A stretch of 61,200 bases of DNA, filler included, from Hausera hauseri (taxonomy: Eukaryota), in assembly GCA_046269625.1 (NCBI GenBank). It is 11 parts of 11 records of this genome, joined end to end, with 100 filler letters (N's around TTAATTAATTAA, not from the genome) between each part and the next. Parts side by side here need not be neighbours in the genome. Positions count along the whole stretch, not along the records: positions 1 to 6,173 come from JBJURY010130428.1; positions 6,274 to 14,367 come from JBJURY010780979.1; 9 more parts are not named here. One strand, given 5' to 3'. Position numbers and translations under genes: made by a program. The stretch's first letter is position 1. Each line of letters starts with the position of its first letter. The notes beneath the pieces were generated by a model. That model was given only the letters and a program-made list of their open reading frames with translations. It was not told the origin of the DNA and did not search any database. Below are positions 1 through 10,899 of the stretch, one piece after another.

Positions 1-1250
1 GCATAACATTAAATTCGTATATACCATCGTGTGTTTTAAATGCCGTTTTATAACGATCTTCCTCCTCTATCTCTACTTGCCAATATCCGGATTGTAAATC
101 GAGCGTGGTGAACCATTTAGCTCCCGAAAGCCAATCCAAAGCTTCTTTTTTTGATGGTAAGGGGAAGGAGTCTTTCATCATAAGTGTATTTAACGCTCCG
201 TAGTCGATACAAAATCGGTGCTTATTGGTACCTTTTTTGTTAACCATAAGTATAGGAGAATACCAAGATCTGTAGCTTAATCTTATTATGTCGGCCTTTA
301 ACATTCGTTCAACTTCTTTGGTTATTTCTGGTCTTAACGAATGTAGATGAGGGTACCATTTTGGCATCTTTGGATTCTCTAAATCTATTTTGTCGTTGGA
401 GCCAGGCTTCTTCTTAAGTGGAATCGTGAGTCTTAGGGTTCTGGCTTGGCCAATATCTTCTTCATCTCTCACGATAATCGAGCTACAGTAACAAAGTAAT
501 TTGTAAAATCGATAATATGATTCCGATGACAATTTGGTTTCGGCGTGGGGTGGGAATTCGGCACCCTTATACGGTTTCTCTTCAATCGTAATCGATAATA
601 CTCTAAACGCGTGTCCCAAAGTGGTATTTACGTACAGTTTGATTTGAGTGCATTATTCGCTATTCTAATTGGTATTCGGCCCGTTGATACTCTTGTCAAA
701 ACGTTATTGAGTACAATGTTCAGATTAATCAATTCCTTCGGTTCGAAATATACCGGCTGATTGTCATCTTGACGTTTTTGAGCATATATTAATATTTCGG
801 TTCTGGGTGGTACGATTTTGTCTACAGGAATCCACAATTCTCCGAATTTTCGATCTTTAGTCGTTTTAACCCCTTTTATTGAACCGAGTTCTATTAACTT
901 CCCTTCATGGAAATATATGGCTATATTAGGGAGTTGTCTCAGCAGGTCACATCCTAATATGACATCATCTGTTAATTGCTTCATTATTGAAAATTCATGA
1001 CGAAAACATTGCCCCATTGCGTGAATTTCCGGTTTCCTATGGAATTTACTTTTCGATGATTGTCCGAAGGGTTCGATGCTTCCTGGGTCTGTTGAGGGAG
1101 GTCGATATAATTGTTTCCGTAGGAATTGCAGTATCAAATCGTATTTTATCAGTGATATTTAGGATCCCGTGTCTATTAAGGCGTATACATCCAAATCTTC
1201 TAATTGAATTTTCGCGAAAGGCCTTCCTTCGATTACAGTACCGTAATAGT
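1..1250 (-). mobile_element. pol: Ty3/Gypsy pol 5' part (aspartic protease, PR-RT spacer, N-terminal RT), degenerate; runs off the contig end
   Basis: Manual minus-strand translation gives GRPFAKIQLEDLDVYALIDTGS* (~1165-1225) leading into ORF 628-1137 (VILGCDLL). Positions 1-370 read RFCIDYGALN..KDSFPLP..WFTTLDLQSGYWQV..KTAF. Closely similar to ORFs 13889-14353 and 12864-13892. Confidence 0.93.
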
Positions 1251-1928
1251 TCCGTGCTATATGGGGCTGTCGGACCGTGGATCCTTTATAACCGTTTATA
1301 GTAACTTCAGTCGCTCCAACTGGTTGGTCGACTAGTTGTTTCAGCTTTCCAACTGGGTACAGTTCGTTTCGCGTATTAATCGCATTTTTATTTCTTGGTT
1401 TCTAACTGGCGGCTAAATTTCTTGGGTCCTGGGATAGTGTGTTTCACGGCTTCCGATTAATGTTGATTGCCTTTTGTTAAACCTAGGTATTCTAGGCGAG
1501 TAGATTATACCGTGATCGTCGACTGCTGATTGACGATGTGGGACAGACGTCCTTCCCGTTTCGCAGATCTTACGTAGCATCCCGTAGCGTTTTGTTCCTT
1601 CATAAGGATCCTCTAAACTAAAGGGCTTCCGATAGACATCCGTCTGGCACAAGCTCGTCGATTGTTTTTCACAGTTTTCATATATAGGTGCCGTAGGTGG
1701 TAATATTGGTAATGGTTGCTTTATAACAGAGTAATTTTTGTGCCTGTTTGACCTGGAGATGACGTCTCCTTCCTTAGGCTCATCATCGTCGGAATTGTTT
1801 CTTCGTGTCTTACTGTTTATTAGTCTTTTCCTGTAATCGAATATGTATCTTTTACGTTTTCAATTATGGTAGCCAATATGTCGCTTCACATCTGTTTCCC
1901 ATCTATTCTCTTCATGAGCCTTTAAGAA

Positions 1929-3730
1929 TTAGCCGAAGGGCGTAATAATAGCCGTCAAAATTTTGCATGAAAATCCCGTCAGGGTGAACATCTTGTATCC
2001 ATTTATGATCGCTTGGATTATAGCTTTTATCAGTTGAACTAAGAAGTATATTGATAGGAATCCTGACGCGGCTTGTCCGAATATCAGGAATCTTCCCCGG
2101 ATTTTATAAAGTATTTCCGTAGTTACCCTTTTATAATAACCGACACCAAGTAACAAGTCCCATTTTGCTTCATAGTGTGAAACCTCTAATATTGTATGCA
2201 TTGCACGATTCAGTTCGTGCGTACGCTGACGAGGGAAAGCGAGGAATTGTCGGAACGCCTCTACTTTTTTGGTAGGTAAATACCTTTCGCGGCCGTATCT
2301 TGAAATTTATCATTGGTTATCACTTTTATTAAATTTGTCCATGTCAACTTGGTAGGTGGTGAGATAATACTTCCGTTTGGTAAACTTATCCAATCGGTTT
2401 CACTACGTCTAAACATCGGCTCGCCTAAACTGGTTTTGCAGTCTTTAATATCGTCGGTTTAGTAGAATTAGCCAATAGCACTCTGGTAATTGGAGTCACT
2501 AATCTCGGTACGTTTTGATATATTACCGGAAGCTCCTGTATACAGTACTTTTCTTCTACATTAATGGGTACATCCTTCTTTTCACATTCGTAGATCAATA
2601 AGACCTCTCCGGTTACTCGTCCGAAAACGCCTTCCTTCATTGGAATTATTAATAATGCCATAGATTATGGCCAGCTTAGTTCTCATGATTTCTAAGTCCA
2701 ACTTGCAGTCGTTGGTTGTCATTTTGTGGTACAGCTCGGCTATTCCTGCTTGTCCTTTATAATAGAAATAGTCATTTCGATTTTTCAAATAATTTTCAAT
2801 CCGGATATCCTGAGTCTCGAGTTTGAACGTTTTGGCATTTATTTCCGTCTCCGAAATGAAAAATGCTTTATAGTTTGTGGCATACATTACAACATCACAT
2901 CTGGTGAGTACATTTTTCTTCAAAAACTTTTGCCCGTGAATATCAGAGATCAATATCGTGGGTGTGGACTGTTCAGCTACATATTCTCGTGTTTTGGAAT
3001 TGGTTTTTGTGCTACTTATGTACCGTTTTCCCGTCGTCTCGTTAAATCTAAGCTCCTTAATTCTAATGAAGTAGCAATCGGTTTTAGTGGGAGGTTCCCA
3101 AATTACTATGGAACTTCGGAATGGGCACGTGCCATCTTGAATGTGGCACTTATGGTTTTCGGTATAAAGTTTAGTAACGCTGTGGAGTATCACCTTCTGT
3201 ACGCGCATTTCGGTTTAATAAAAGTCTACTACTACGATGTTCGACTCTAATCCCTTTCCGGTATCGTATTCGGCACCTTGGCAATGTCCGATGTGCATTC
3301 CTAGTCTTTCTTCTGCTATTTTGTAAACTCTGAGTATTTTCCCTTGCTGCATTTCCAGTTCCATGCCGTGCCATTTTACTCTCCGCGTCTCTCTAGCTTG
3401 CATACAATGCTGACGTTCTAAATTCATCGGAATTGGTGGAGTCGTTGTCTTGATTACTGACAAGTGTTCATGTACCAATCCACAATGAAAAATGCTGCAA
3501 GATCGCCGCAAAATACATTCTACTCCATCCAATGTAATTAATTCGCGTTGTTGATATAGTGCATAACTTTTCTCTTTTGTTTCTAATTTGGTGGTCTCGC
3601 GTCTTCGCGCATATCTAAGTCCATTAATAAATATTTTTGGCCTAATCTAAATTTGTCACAATCATATACTGTAACTGTACCTATTTGTCTGATCAACATC
3701 ATCACGGTCAAAAAGTTGATTAGCCAGTTC
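1929..3730 (-). pseudogene. env: Env: chuvirus-G / herpes gB-like (class III) fusion glycoprotein, frameshifted
   Basis: Pieced from ORFs 3583-4014 (end), 3215-3532, 3171-3374 region, 2582-3208, 2425-2661 and 1929-2201. Signal peptide WLINFLTVMMLIRQIGT then VYDC; C..RRS.SIFHCG; CHIQDGTC..IVW; C....YATNY; NDC; FGRVTGEVLLIYEC..C..ELPV..R.VTP.TR; C-terminal hydrophobic segment FLIFGQAASGFLSIYFLVQLIKAIIQAIING. The Cys spacing matches the Chuviridae/Jingchuvirales glycoprotein family as I recall it. Confidence 0.82.
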
Positions 3731-5713
3731 GACTCATTTCCTCTATGATTTCCGGTGACATTTCGTAGCAGATCTTCGAACTTATTGTTACCTAAGAAGA
3801 ATATATTTTGATATTCTTCTTCTTTCTCAAATAACTTTGACCAGTTCACTTCCCGAGGTAGTTTCCTGGCTGCCTTCCTCGCCAAGCTGGTGGCTCTATT
3901 CAATTCATATTCTCGAGTCGGGTTGGTTTTGATGGCCAGGTAGAGTAAGACTTTTCGTAATTCCTCTAAGGTATTTTCTACCATAATCTTCTCAATTATT
4001 ATTTCATCACTCAAGATACTTCTGTATAATTTGTACCGGAAACTTTTTGTGGTCTTGGCGGCGTTAAATATAGCCTTCTATTTTTTATCTAAAGTGTCAC
4101 CGCTGAGATTAGAGTGGTTTACTATACGTATTAAATTTTTTATAAGTTCAATCAGCTCCTCGTTGTCCGTGTTGAAGGTCGGTATGGATATTTGTCTCAG
4201 TTCTCTGATTAGATCTCCATTACAGTCGATTTCTTCTCGAATTTCCCGTGGTCCGCCGACAGGACGCTTCAGTTTTGATGCAGTTGGTACTGCTTCATTG
4301 GCTGACACTAGATTTTTATCGTATTGTCCGTTTGCAGATCCTCAAAATACATTACTGCATCTCGAACTCTTATGATTCATCCTACCCACTGTTCCGCTTT
4401 AGCCCTTCTTACGGCTTCCTCTTTGGTTTCATCGATAGGGATCGTTACGATTATCGGGTTTGCTTCACCTGAAATAATTCCTACCTCTATTAACAATTCC
4501 GTTTCTTCTAGTATTCTTCCTCTAAAATAAAGTCTATAGTTCAACTCTTGGTTGTACCCATTGTTTCTTATCCACCCTATTACATCTTTCACACGGGACC
4601 GTGTAATAAACTCGTGTTCCTTTTGATCTATCCAGTCAGATACTATTTTTACTATAATCGCTTCTTCTTCCCTTGCCTTTAAAATTTTTGCATATCCCTT
4701 AATTAGAAGCTTGGGCGTCGCATTATAAGTCGTACCTTCACTGGCTAATTTAGTTAGAGTGGGAACTAACTGTTTCAACTGATTCTGTGTGAGGTTTACA
4801 TTGATCAACCTTGTTAAATCTTCCTCGGTTTGGTCTGGGTTTAGAAGCATCTCTACGTTAAATTTTTGATTCGGCCAACATATTTCTGTTTCATACAGTT
4901 GTATGGGAGTTTTTGGATCTTCGGCAATCATTGTATCCAGATACGCTTCCCATTCCGGTTCGTTTTCATTGCCTGGTGGTCTATAACCTATTATTGGTGC
5001 GCCCACTAATCTGTCTGCTTCTATACTCTACATTGCTTCTCTCAATTCTCGTAACCTCTGTTACATATGGACCATTTTCGTCGTCCGGAAACAACGTCCA
5101 TTTCCGGAGGTTTGGTGTAACAATGTTAATAACTGGCGTAATTCTTTAGGTAAGATTAGCCCTTTCTCTTGATAGTTTGTCAGTTTGGACGTGACATCTC
5201 TTTGCCACCGATGTATGAATTGTGACTTGTCAGCCTTTTCTGCATCTGTGAGGGCATATTTATTCTTAAGACTTCGAGTACTTTCGTTAGCTCGTCTAGT
5301 CTTACTTCTCTCTGTTTGGTTCTGATTCAAGTTTCTTCAACTTGCTGTATCTGCCTCAACCATTGTCTTAATTTTTCGTCAGTAATTTCTGCCATTTCTG
5401 CCATCAGCAATGCTAGATCATACATCTCATTGATACCCTTTGAATCTGTATCTATCATATCTAATAACCTTTTAATGAATCTAGCCTCCTCAAAATTGCG
5501 ATGATGGTCGTTCTTCATTTTAGTCAGTTCGGTATGATATCGCTGGTCCGTTCCGACCATCCGTTCTTGCGGATGGTGTAAAAGCTCCACTACTTCTTGG
5601 ATAGTCGACCGATGTTCGGGGAAAAAGTCTAAAATTTCGAGGTCTCGAATCGAGATTTCATCGAAAGGCTTGGCTGTCAAGTAATGTATTCCTTTCAAGC
5701 AGGCATCCCTCAA
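3730..5713 (-). pseudogene. Gag-env intervening region 'X' (helical/coiled-coil, ubiquitin-like domain, AT-hook relic), copy 1
   Basis: ORFs 5327-5713, 5061-5330, 4377-5006, 4078-4308 and 3583-4014 are colinear homologs of 26301-28450 and ~58400-60291. ORF 3583-4014 reads from X into the env signal peptide without a stop. Confidence 0.8.
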
Positions 5714-6173
5714 TCTTCGAGCAATTGCTCCATGATTAATTCTATAAAATTTTTTCAGACGACTGAATTTTAAAATGATTCTGATTCTTAGTGCGGTAAA
5801 AGTCCCTCGTAAGGAGCGACGAAAAACTATATGAAAATATAAGTTTACAATAACAATTTAATAACAATACAATAACAATACAAAGGATCACTGATCAGAA
5901 ATTTACAGTTCAGGATTTCAATGCCCTTCTTATCAATTAAATTAATACAAATCGTCGAAATTCTGTTTAATCGTACTGGCTAAATAAAACTACAAGCTGT
6001 CACTAATTCGACTGCTTATATAGCGATATACATGCCTCCTGGCTAATAGCAGTTTCTAATTTTCGCCAAATTTTTATCATTTCTTCTTCGTTAATTTCAT
6101 TACGAATTGACATTTAATGCGACATTTTCAATTGTAAATCAATTAATTTCGTCTGCAATATGAAATATTTCGG

Positions 6174-6273
6174 NNNNNNNNNNNNNNNNNNNNNNNNNNN
6201 NNNNNNNNNNNNNNNNNTTAATTAATTAANNNNNNNNNNNNNNNNNNNNNNNNNNNNNNNNNNNNNNNNNNNN
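6174..6273. other. Artificial contig spacer; also at 14368, 18760, 25604, 29664, 33803, 39371, 45952, 50397 and 55435
   Basis: Identical 44N-TTAATTAATTAA-44N block repeated 10 times; the core supplies stop codons on both strands. Confidence 0.99.
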
Positions 6274-6693
6274 AGTTCACTACAAGAGAAGTTACATGGT
6301 GACAAGAAAAGACTAGGACAAATTTTTGTATTTGTGAATATAATGTATCTAGCAGTCTGAGTGAATGACAGAAACGAAAAGAAAGAAGCAACAAATAAGA
6401 TGACATAAAAGTGAAGGGCCTCATTCATGCCTAAAAGCAGGCGTATAAGGGAATGTGGAGCAATGCACCAACCACCACTGGCGCTCAAAATAAGATGAAT
6501 ACTAAGTTGATATAGTTACTTAGCAGGAGTACACCCTATTAGAAGAAGATCTAATCATTTGTTTCATCGAAGCTACAGTCAGACAAATTTTTACTATCTG
6601 AGTCTATCGGATTGTTTGAAATCCATAGTTAGTTACTGCAAAAGACATTTAGTGGTCTTATTTCTACCCTGAGTCTTTCAAGTTGCATTGCTC

Positions 6694-6988
6694 TGTAGTT
6701 AGCGTGCACGCCAAAAGTAATGGCTATAAATAGCTATTAGTTTCTTCAACAATATTTATTTACAATTTAAATTCTATTTCGTAGGTTGATACAACATTTA
6801 TGTACAAATAAAATTCAATTTTCTGGATTTGTAGAATTACTTCGATAGTTTATATATTTCACAATTGTCAGCCTTTTTTGTTTAAATTAATTCTATTAGA
6901 ATAATAATAGTTCCACATTACAATAAAAATTCATAATGGTTGCAAATTTACAATTCTCTTAACGAATTGGCTGGCGATTTTTCTCACA
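6694..6988 (-). repeat. Putative 3' LTR of the large Gypsy element (~295 bp)
   Basis: On the minus strand it starts TGTGAG immediately after a polypurine tract. It contains TATATAAA (~6849-6856) and AATAAA (6755-6760), with a candidate ...ACTACA end at 6694. The end is inferred because no second copy is present. Confidence 0.65.
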
Positions 6989-7000
6989 CTTCTCCTCCCT
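6989..7000 (-). promoter_or_regulatory. Polypurine tract (plus-strand primer)
   Basis: Minus strand reads AGGGAGGAGAAG directly followed by TGT. Confidence 0.8.
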
Positions 7001-7053
7001 GAGCGGCAACCTCGAATGGACCTATTGCGTCAGAAGAGGTGGCGCCCAACGGT

Positions 7054-7392
7054 CTAGGTTGTCTCAAATCGATTCATTCTTTCTTGTAAGTCCGTCTGGG
7101 AATCTGGTTGGGCGTGACTCGTTGATGGGCTCATCTCCAGATTGTAACTATAGTAGGGTTTAATTCGAACAACTCGAGTATAGCTTCCGTCAGAGTAGTA
7201 TTTTAATTCAGTGGCTTCTGCACGACACACAGGGCACGTTGTTTTTCCATTGTCGAGCGTCCACTTCTCCAGACAATCCCGACAATATTTGTTACGGCAA
7301 ATTTTATTATCCAGTACCACATAGCCTTGCCTCAGATTGGCATCGCATACAGGGCATTTGTTATCTTCCTTATCCCAGTCGTCCCTATCCAA
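7054..7392 (-). CDS. RING-finger domain, last coding segment of the element
   Basis: CPVC-x15-CRNKYCRDC-x12-CPVC, with W at the usual position (CLEKW). This is RING-HC spacing, with N where His is expected. Confidence 0.8.
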   Translation of the reverse strand: MDRDDWDKEDNKCPVCDANLRQGYVVLDNKICRNKYCRDCLEKWTLDNGKTTCPVCRAEATELKYYSDGSYTRVVRIKPYYSYNLEMSPSTSHAQPDSQTDLQERMNRFETT

Positions 7393-8085
7393 ATCTACTT
7401 GAATTGTTAACTCGATGGGTTCAAATACAAGGCCGTCTCCGTCTTGGTATAGATATCCGTGAATTACTTTTTGCTTAGGATTAATATAACTTCCGTGGGT
7501 CGCAGTTTACTTGTATTAATGTCCAGTCTGCTATTAGATCTCGATTTTTGATATTGCTTCTTAAGTAGTATTCGGATTTGCTTATCCACTGGAACTATTA
7601 TTTTTCCTGTTCTTTTTGAGCAAAAAACTGAAATGAGATTGTTTCTTAACTTAGGGATTTCCAAGACATGTATTTTCAAAAACCTCTCTTGCTGGAACAA
7701 CTTTAATATAAAACATGGCTTCTTTGATCATCTTACTGCAATATTCTGTCGTTATCAGCATTTTGGGTGGGTCCTGAGTCGTTTTATAATGAACATTTTC
7801 CTTGATTTTCTTTTCTACAAGGGCATTGACTTCGGTTATTGTGGGGTTCTTTTATGTAGATTTTACCTTTTGTGAGGTACTTGGCCTGTTTTGTTGCTCT
7901 TCATTCTTTGGTTTTCAATCTTAAATAAGTAATTGTAAATAGATAGTGTCTTCCTGGGCTGAGATTTCTCTTCTAACTTCAGTTTCTTAATTATTGTTTC
8001 TGGTCTTGGTTTTTCTTTGTGTTCGTCCAGGGACTTTAATGTTCCTTCTAATGTCTTCTCTTCTCTGATCGTCCGTAATTCCGTT

Positions 8086-9335
8086 TTATTTTCTTGTTCT
8101 TCCATAGGTTCTTGCACTATAATCATGAGACTGCTTGTCTATTGATTGGACAGTTCTGATCGGGGAGTAGGGCGTGATGTTTTTTCTATATTTGACATCT
8201 ATTTGTTCAGGTTTCATGGAACTACGTAAATTGTATGTAGGGTTTCTAGGGGCCCATTCGTGTTCCCACTTTGTCCTATAAATTTCCTTCAAATATTTAG
8301 AACGTTTGCTGGCCGTTAGGATTCTTGGAATCCTATTTGAGTCACTGCGCATCGCTTCGACCATTAGTTTAAACAAAGCTTCCGGTGCAGCCGGTCGATT
8401 TCTTCCTTGTATGGTTTTCTCCATTTGTTCTTGGAATATTGGATGAGTGGATATTTCCCTAAGTCCGGCAATATTTGCATCGGATATCCCTAATAGCTCT
8501 ACCTCTAGTCGTACATTATATCCAGCTAACATACAGCCATAAAGACAGTGGTCTAACTCTGAACGGACTTGCTGGATATCTGTCCCCCTTATGAGCTTGT
8601 CTCTTAACCCAGTCACCTCTGCATGACTATTGGACATGTTTCCGGGGGTTTATGACTGTAGAATATATTTCATTCCCATCTCTTTCCCTAATATATATCT
8701 CGATGGTTATTCCATATCCATCGTCTCCTCTGCCACAATTTATTGCTGATTCTTATGTTACGTCCACCTTGGACTAATCTATATGATTGCTTATGTTCGT
8801 CCTTTTTTACTTCGGTCGGGGTCTGTTCAAATTCCAGAACTGGCAAACCTAAGTTGCAGTTCTCCTTATAGGTCACTTCGAACATAAGTTTAACAGGAAG
8901 GGCTGCTACTCTAAATTCCAGACCATATTCGATATTTTCTAAGCCCTGTCTATTTATTCTAAATGTACTAAACCGGTATTGATGCCCTTCATGGGAGTTC
9001 CATGGTTGACCTTCTACTCTGTAGTATAGTTCTCCGTCATCCAGGTGTATGTATACTTCTTGAATTTTAATGGTTCGTTTTGGAATCAGTTCCTTTAGTG
9101 AGTAGGCTCTTGCTTGGTTATTTTCACGCATTGCGTAAAGGTAAACGGTTCGATTTTCTTTGGTTATACCCTTTAAGTCACTGGGAATTTCGGTCACCTT
9201 TGGAAATTCAATTGAAGTTTCTGCTGGGAGGGCTTCGGTTATGCGTCGGTAGATGGATTTTGATTTTGGTATAAATATTGTCGCGTGTTCTTTTAGGAAA
9301 TTGTCGACACTAATTTGGCTGATCATACTTACCAT
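8086..9335 (-). pseudogene. Accessory ORF: orphan domain + degenerate DEDDh (REX4/ISG20-like) exonuclease fold
   Basis: ORF 8688-9335, then after frameshifts AINCG..IEIYIRERDGNEIYSTVINP..HAEVTGL..VRSELDHCLYGCMLAGYNV..LREI. Homologous to 30444-31185 and to the C-terminal part of 46878-50378. Confidence 0.7.
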
Positions 9336-9499
9336 TCTGAAAGAAAATACAAAATAAGGGTCAATCCTAAAACAAAGTATTGTTCTAAATCTGAACCAAT
9401 TCTTTGTTTGATGGTGGAATAACCCGATCTGTAGTTGTCAGGTTATTCCATCATTGATTTCATCATGCGGTACCATTACCCTTAATTCCCTCTATGATT

Positions 9500-10830
9500 T
9501 TATGACGCTTACTACAACAGATTTTGGTAATCAATTGAAACAACACAATAAACGTTATGAGAGCAAATATTGACGTTCCAATAATCGATATTAGTGATAA
9601 AGTCGTCCATTTGCTTAGTTTTTTTTATTTTAGTGGTAACCGTGATTTCGTTTTCCGTTTCCTCGTTAATCGGCGGTTTCGTTACGATAATCTCGTTTAG
9701 GGTCCGTGCCATAAACGTTCTACTTTGTTTATTTTCCGCACTTATTTGTATTATGTAGTCTGTTTTGGGTTTTAAGTAGGTACACTTGATCTGATAGTTA
9801 CCTTTAACCAGTGTTACCTTCTGGTTATCGTATAACGTTCAGCAGCTTATCTCTGTCGTAATCGAGCGTTTCTTCTACAACGAATGTTATTTCGCGTTGT
9901 TGTGTCCAATATTTTATAGGGATTACTTCTAGATCCTTTTTAGACAATCCACTCGTTGAAATGATTTTGGTGGATATATACGTTGTAGTCTTTGTTTTTG
10001 TAATTTTACTCGTCATCTTTTGCAGAACTTGTCCGATTGGGTTTCCAATCTGGTAACTTCCCAAATAAATACTCGACTGGTTTGGTTGGACTTCATATAA
10101 GTTTAACCGAATTCTATATTTATATCTCTCGGGTAACTTACAACATCTCTTTGGTCGTTCGATGTCTATTTGACAGTATTGTTGGTCCGGATCTGCTCTG
10201 TTCCCTCTTATAAATTGAACTGTGATTACTCGTTCTTTGATTAATCGTCCTTTTGTGTTTATGTGAACACAGTTATCCTTCGGAATTTCCTTTATATTGG
10301 CTATTTTTTCTAGCATCCGCTTTAATGGGTCATTGGACTGGAGCATGTCTTCCAACTCTATATCCAGGTAGTCTCCGTAAGTCCGTGGTATAACTAAACG
10401 TGCATTCGGTTTTATTTCGGTGTGTACGTGATTACAGTTTGGCAAGTACGAACGATAACTGAGGGCGTAAGAGTGTCCGTACTCTACGTTTCAGCAGCTA
10501 GTATCATCTGGTTCGAAATTACACTCAGACTCGGCTTGGCTTAACAAGTCATGGAGTAGTATTTGAATTCGCCTTTTATATGGTCTTAGTAACCTAAATC
10601 CGACATATGGTGCTTCTGGCGAAAAATAATCTAATTCTATTACTCGTAAAAGTTTTTCGTCTTTTTTGTCCGATTGGTGTTTGGAAGTTTCCTCCTTTGG
10701 TGACAAAGGTTTTAATCCGCTTTTCCTGATTCCATATATATCACTCAACGAAGTTTCATCGACCCACCATTGAGCATTAGTCTTAGACGTTAGGACAGCA
10801 ATTAACGATAAGTCTAATATTATCTGTGCA
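9500..10830 (-). pseudogene. Post-integrase type I membrane protein (signal peptide, Cys-rich/FN3-like repeats, Thr-rich stalk, TM), degenerate
   Basis: IILDLSLIAVLTSKTNA|Q at ~10775-10830 is in frame with ORF 10491-10748. ORF 9825-10445 follows; LKPKTDYIIQISA (~9745-9780) is FN3-like. An alternate frame at ~9500-9610 reads WTTLSLISIIGTSIFALITFIVLFQLITKICCSKRHK. Same layout as 48567-49700. Confidence 0.7.
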
Positions 10831-10899
10831 TAAGATACTGGTCTGGTGACAATTGACGAGGTCTTAGCTTCACGCTCTGTTAGATTGTAGTGTTTAGCT

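Noticed and set aside
628-860. dUTPase between PR and RT (VPPRTEILI...IPIRIAN)
   Set aside because: It resembles the common dUTPase-like beta relic of many Gypsy elements, but none of the catalytic dUTPase motifs is visible.
5720-6173. 5' LTR of the large element
   Set aside because: AT-rich with a TATA-like box, but it cuts into the middle of region X and does not match 6694-6988. More likely an unrelated insertion.
6174-6273. Regularly recurring TTAATTAATTAA palindrome as a biological repeat or CRISPR-like array
   Set aside because: It is an N-padded concatenation linker. Adjacency across it carries no information, so contigs 1 and 2 were linked by protein homology, not position.
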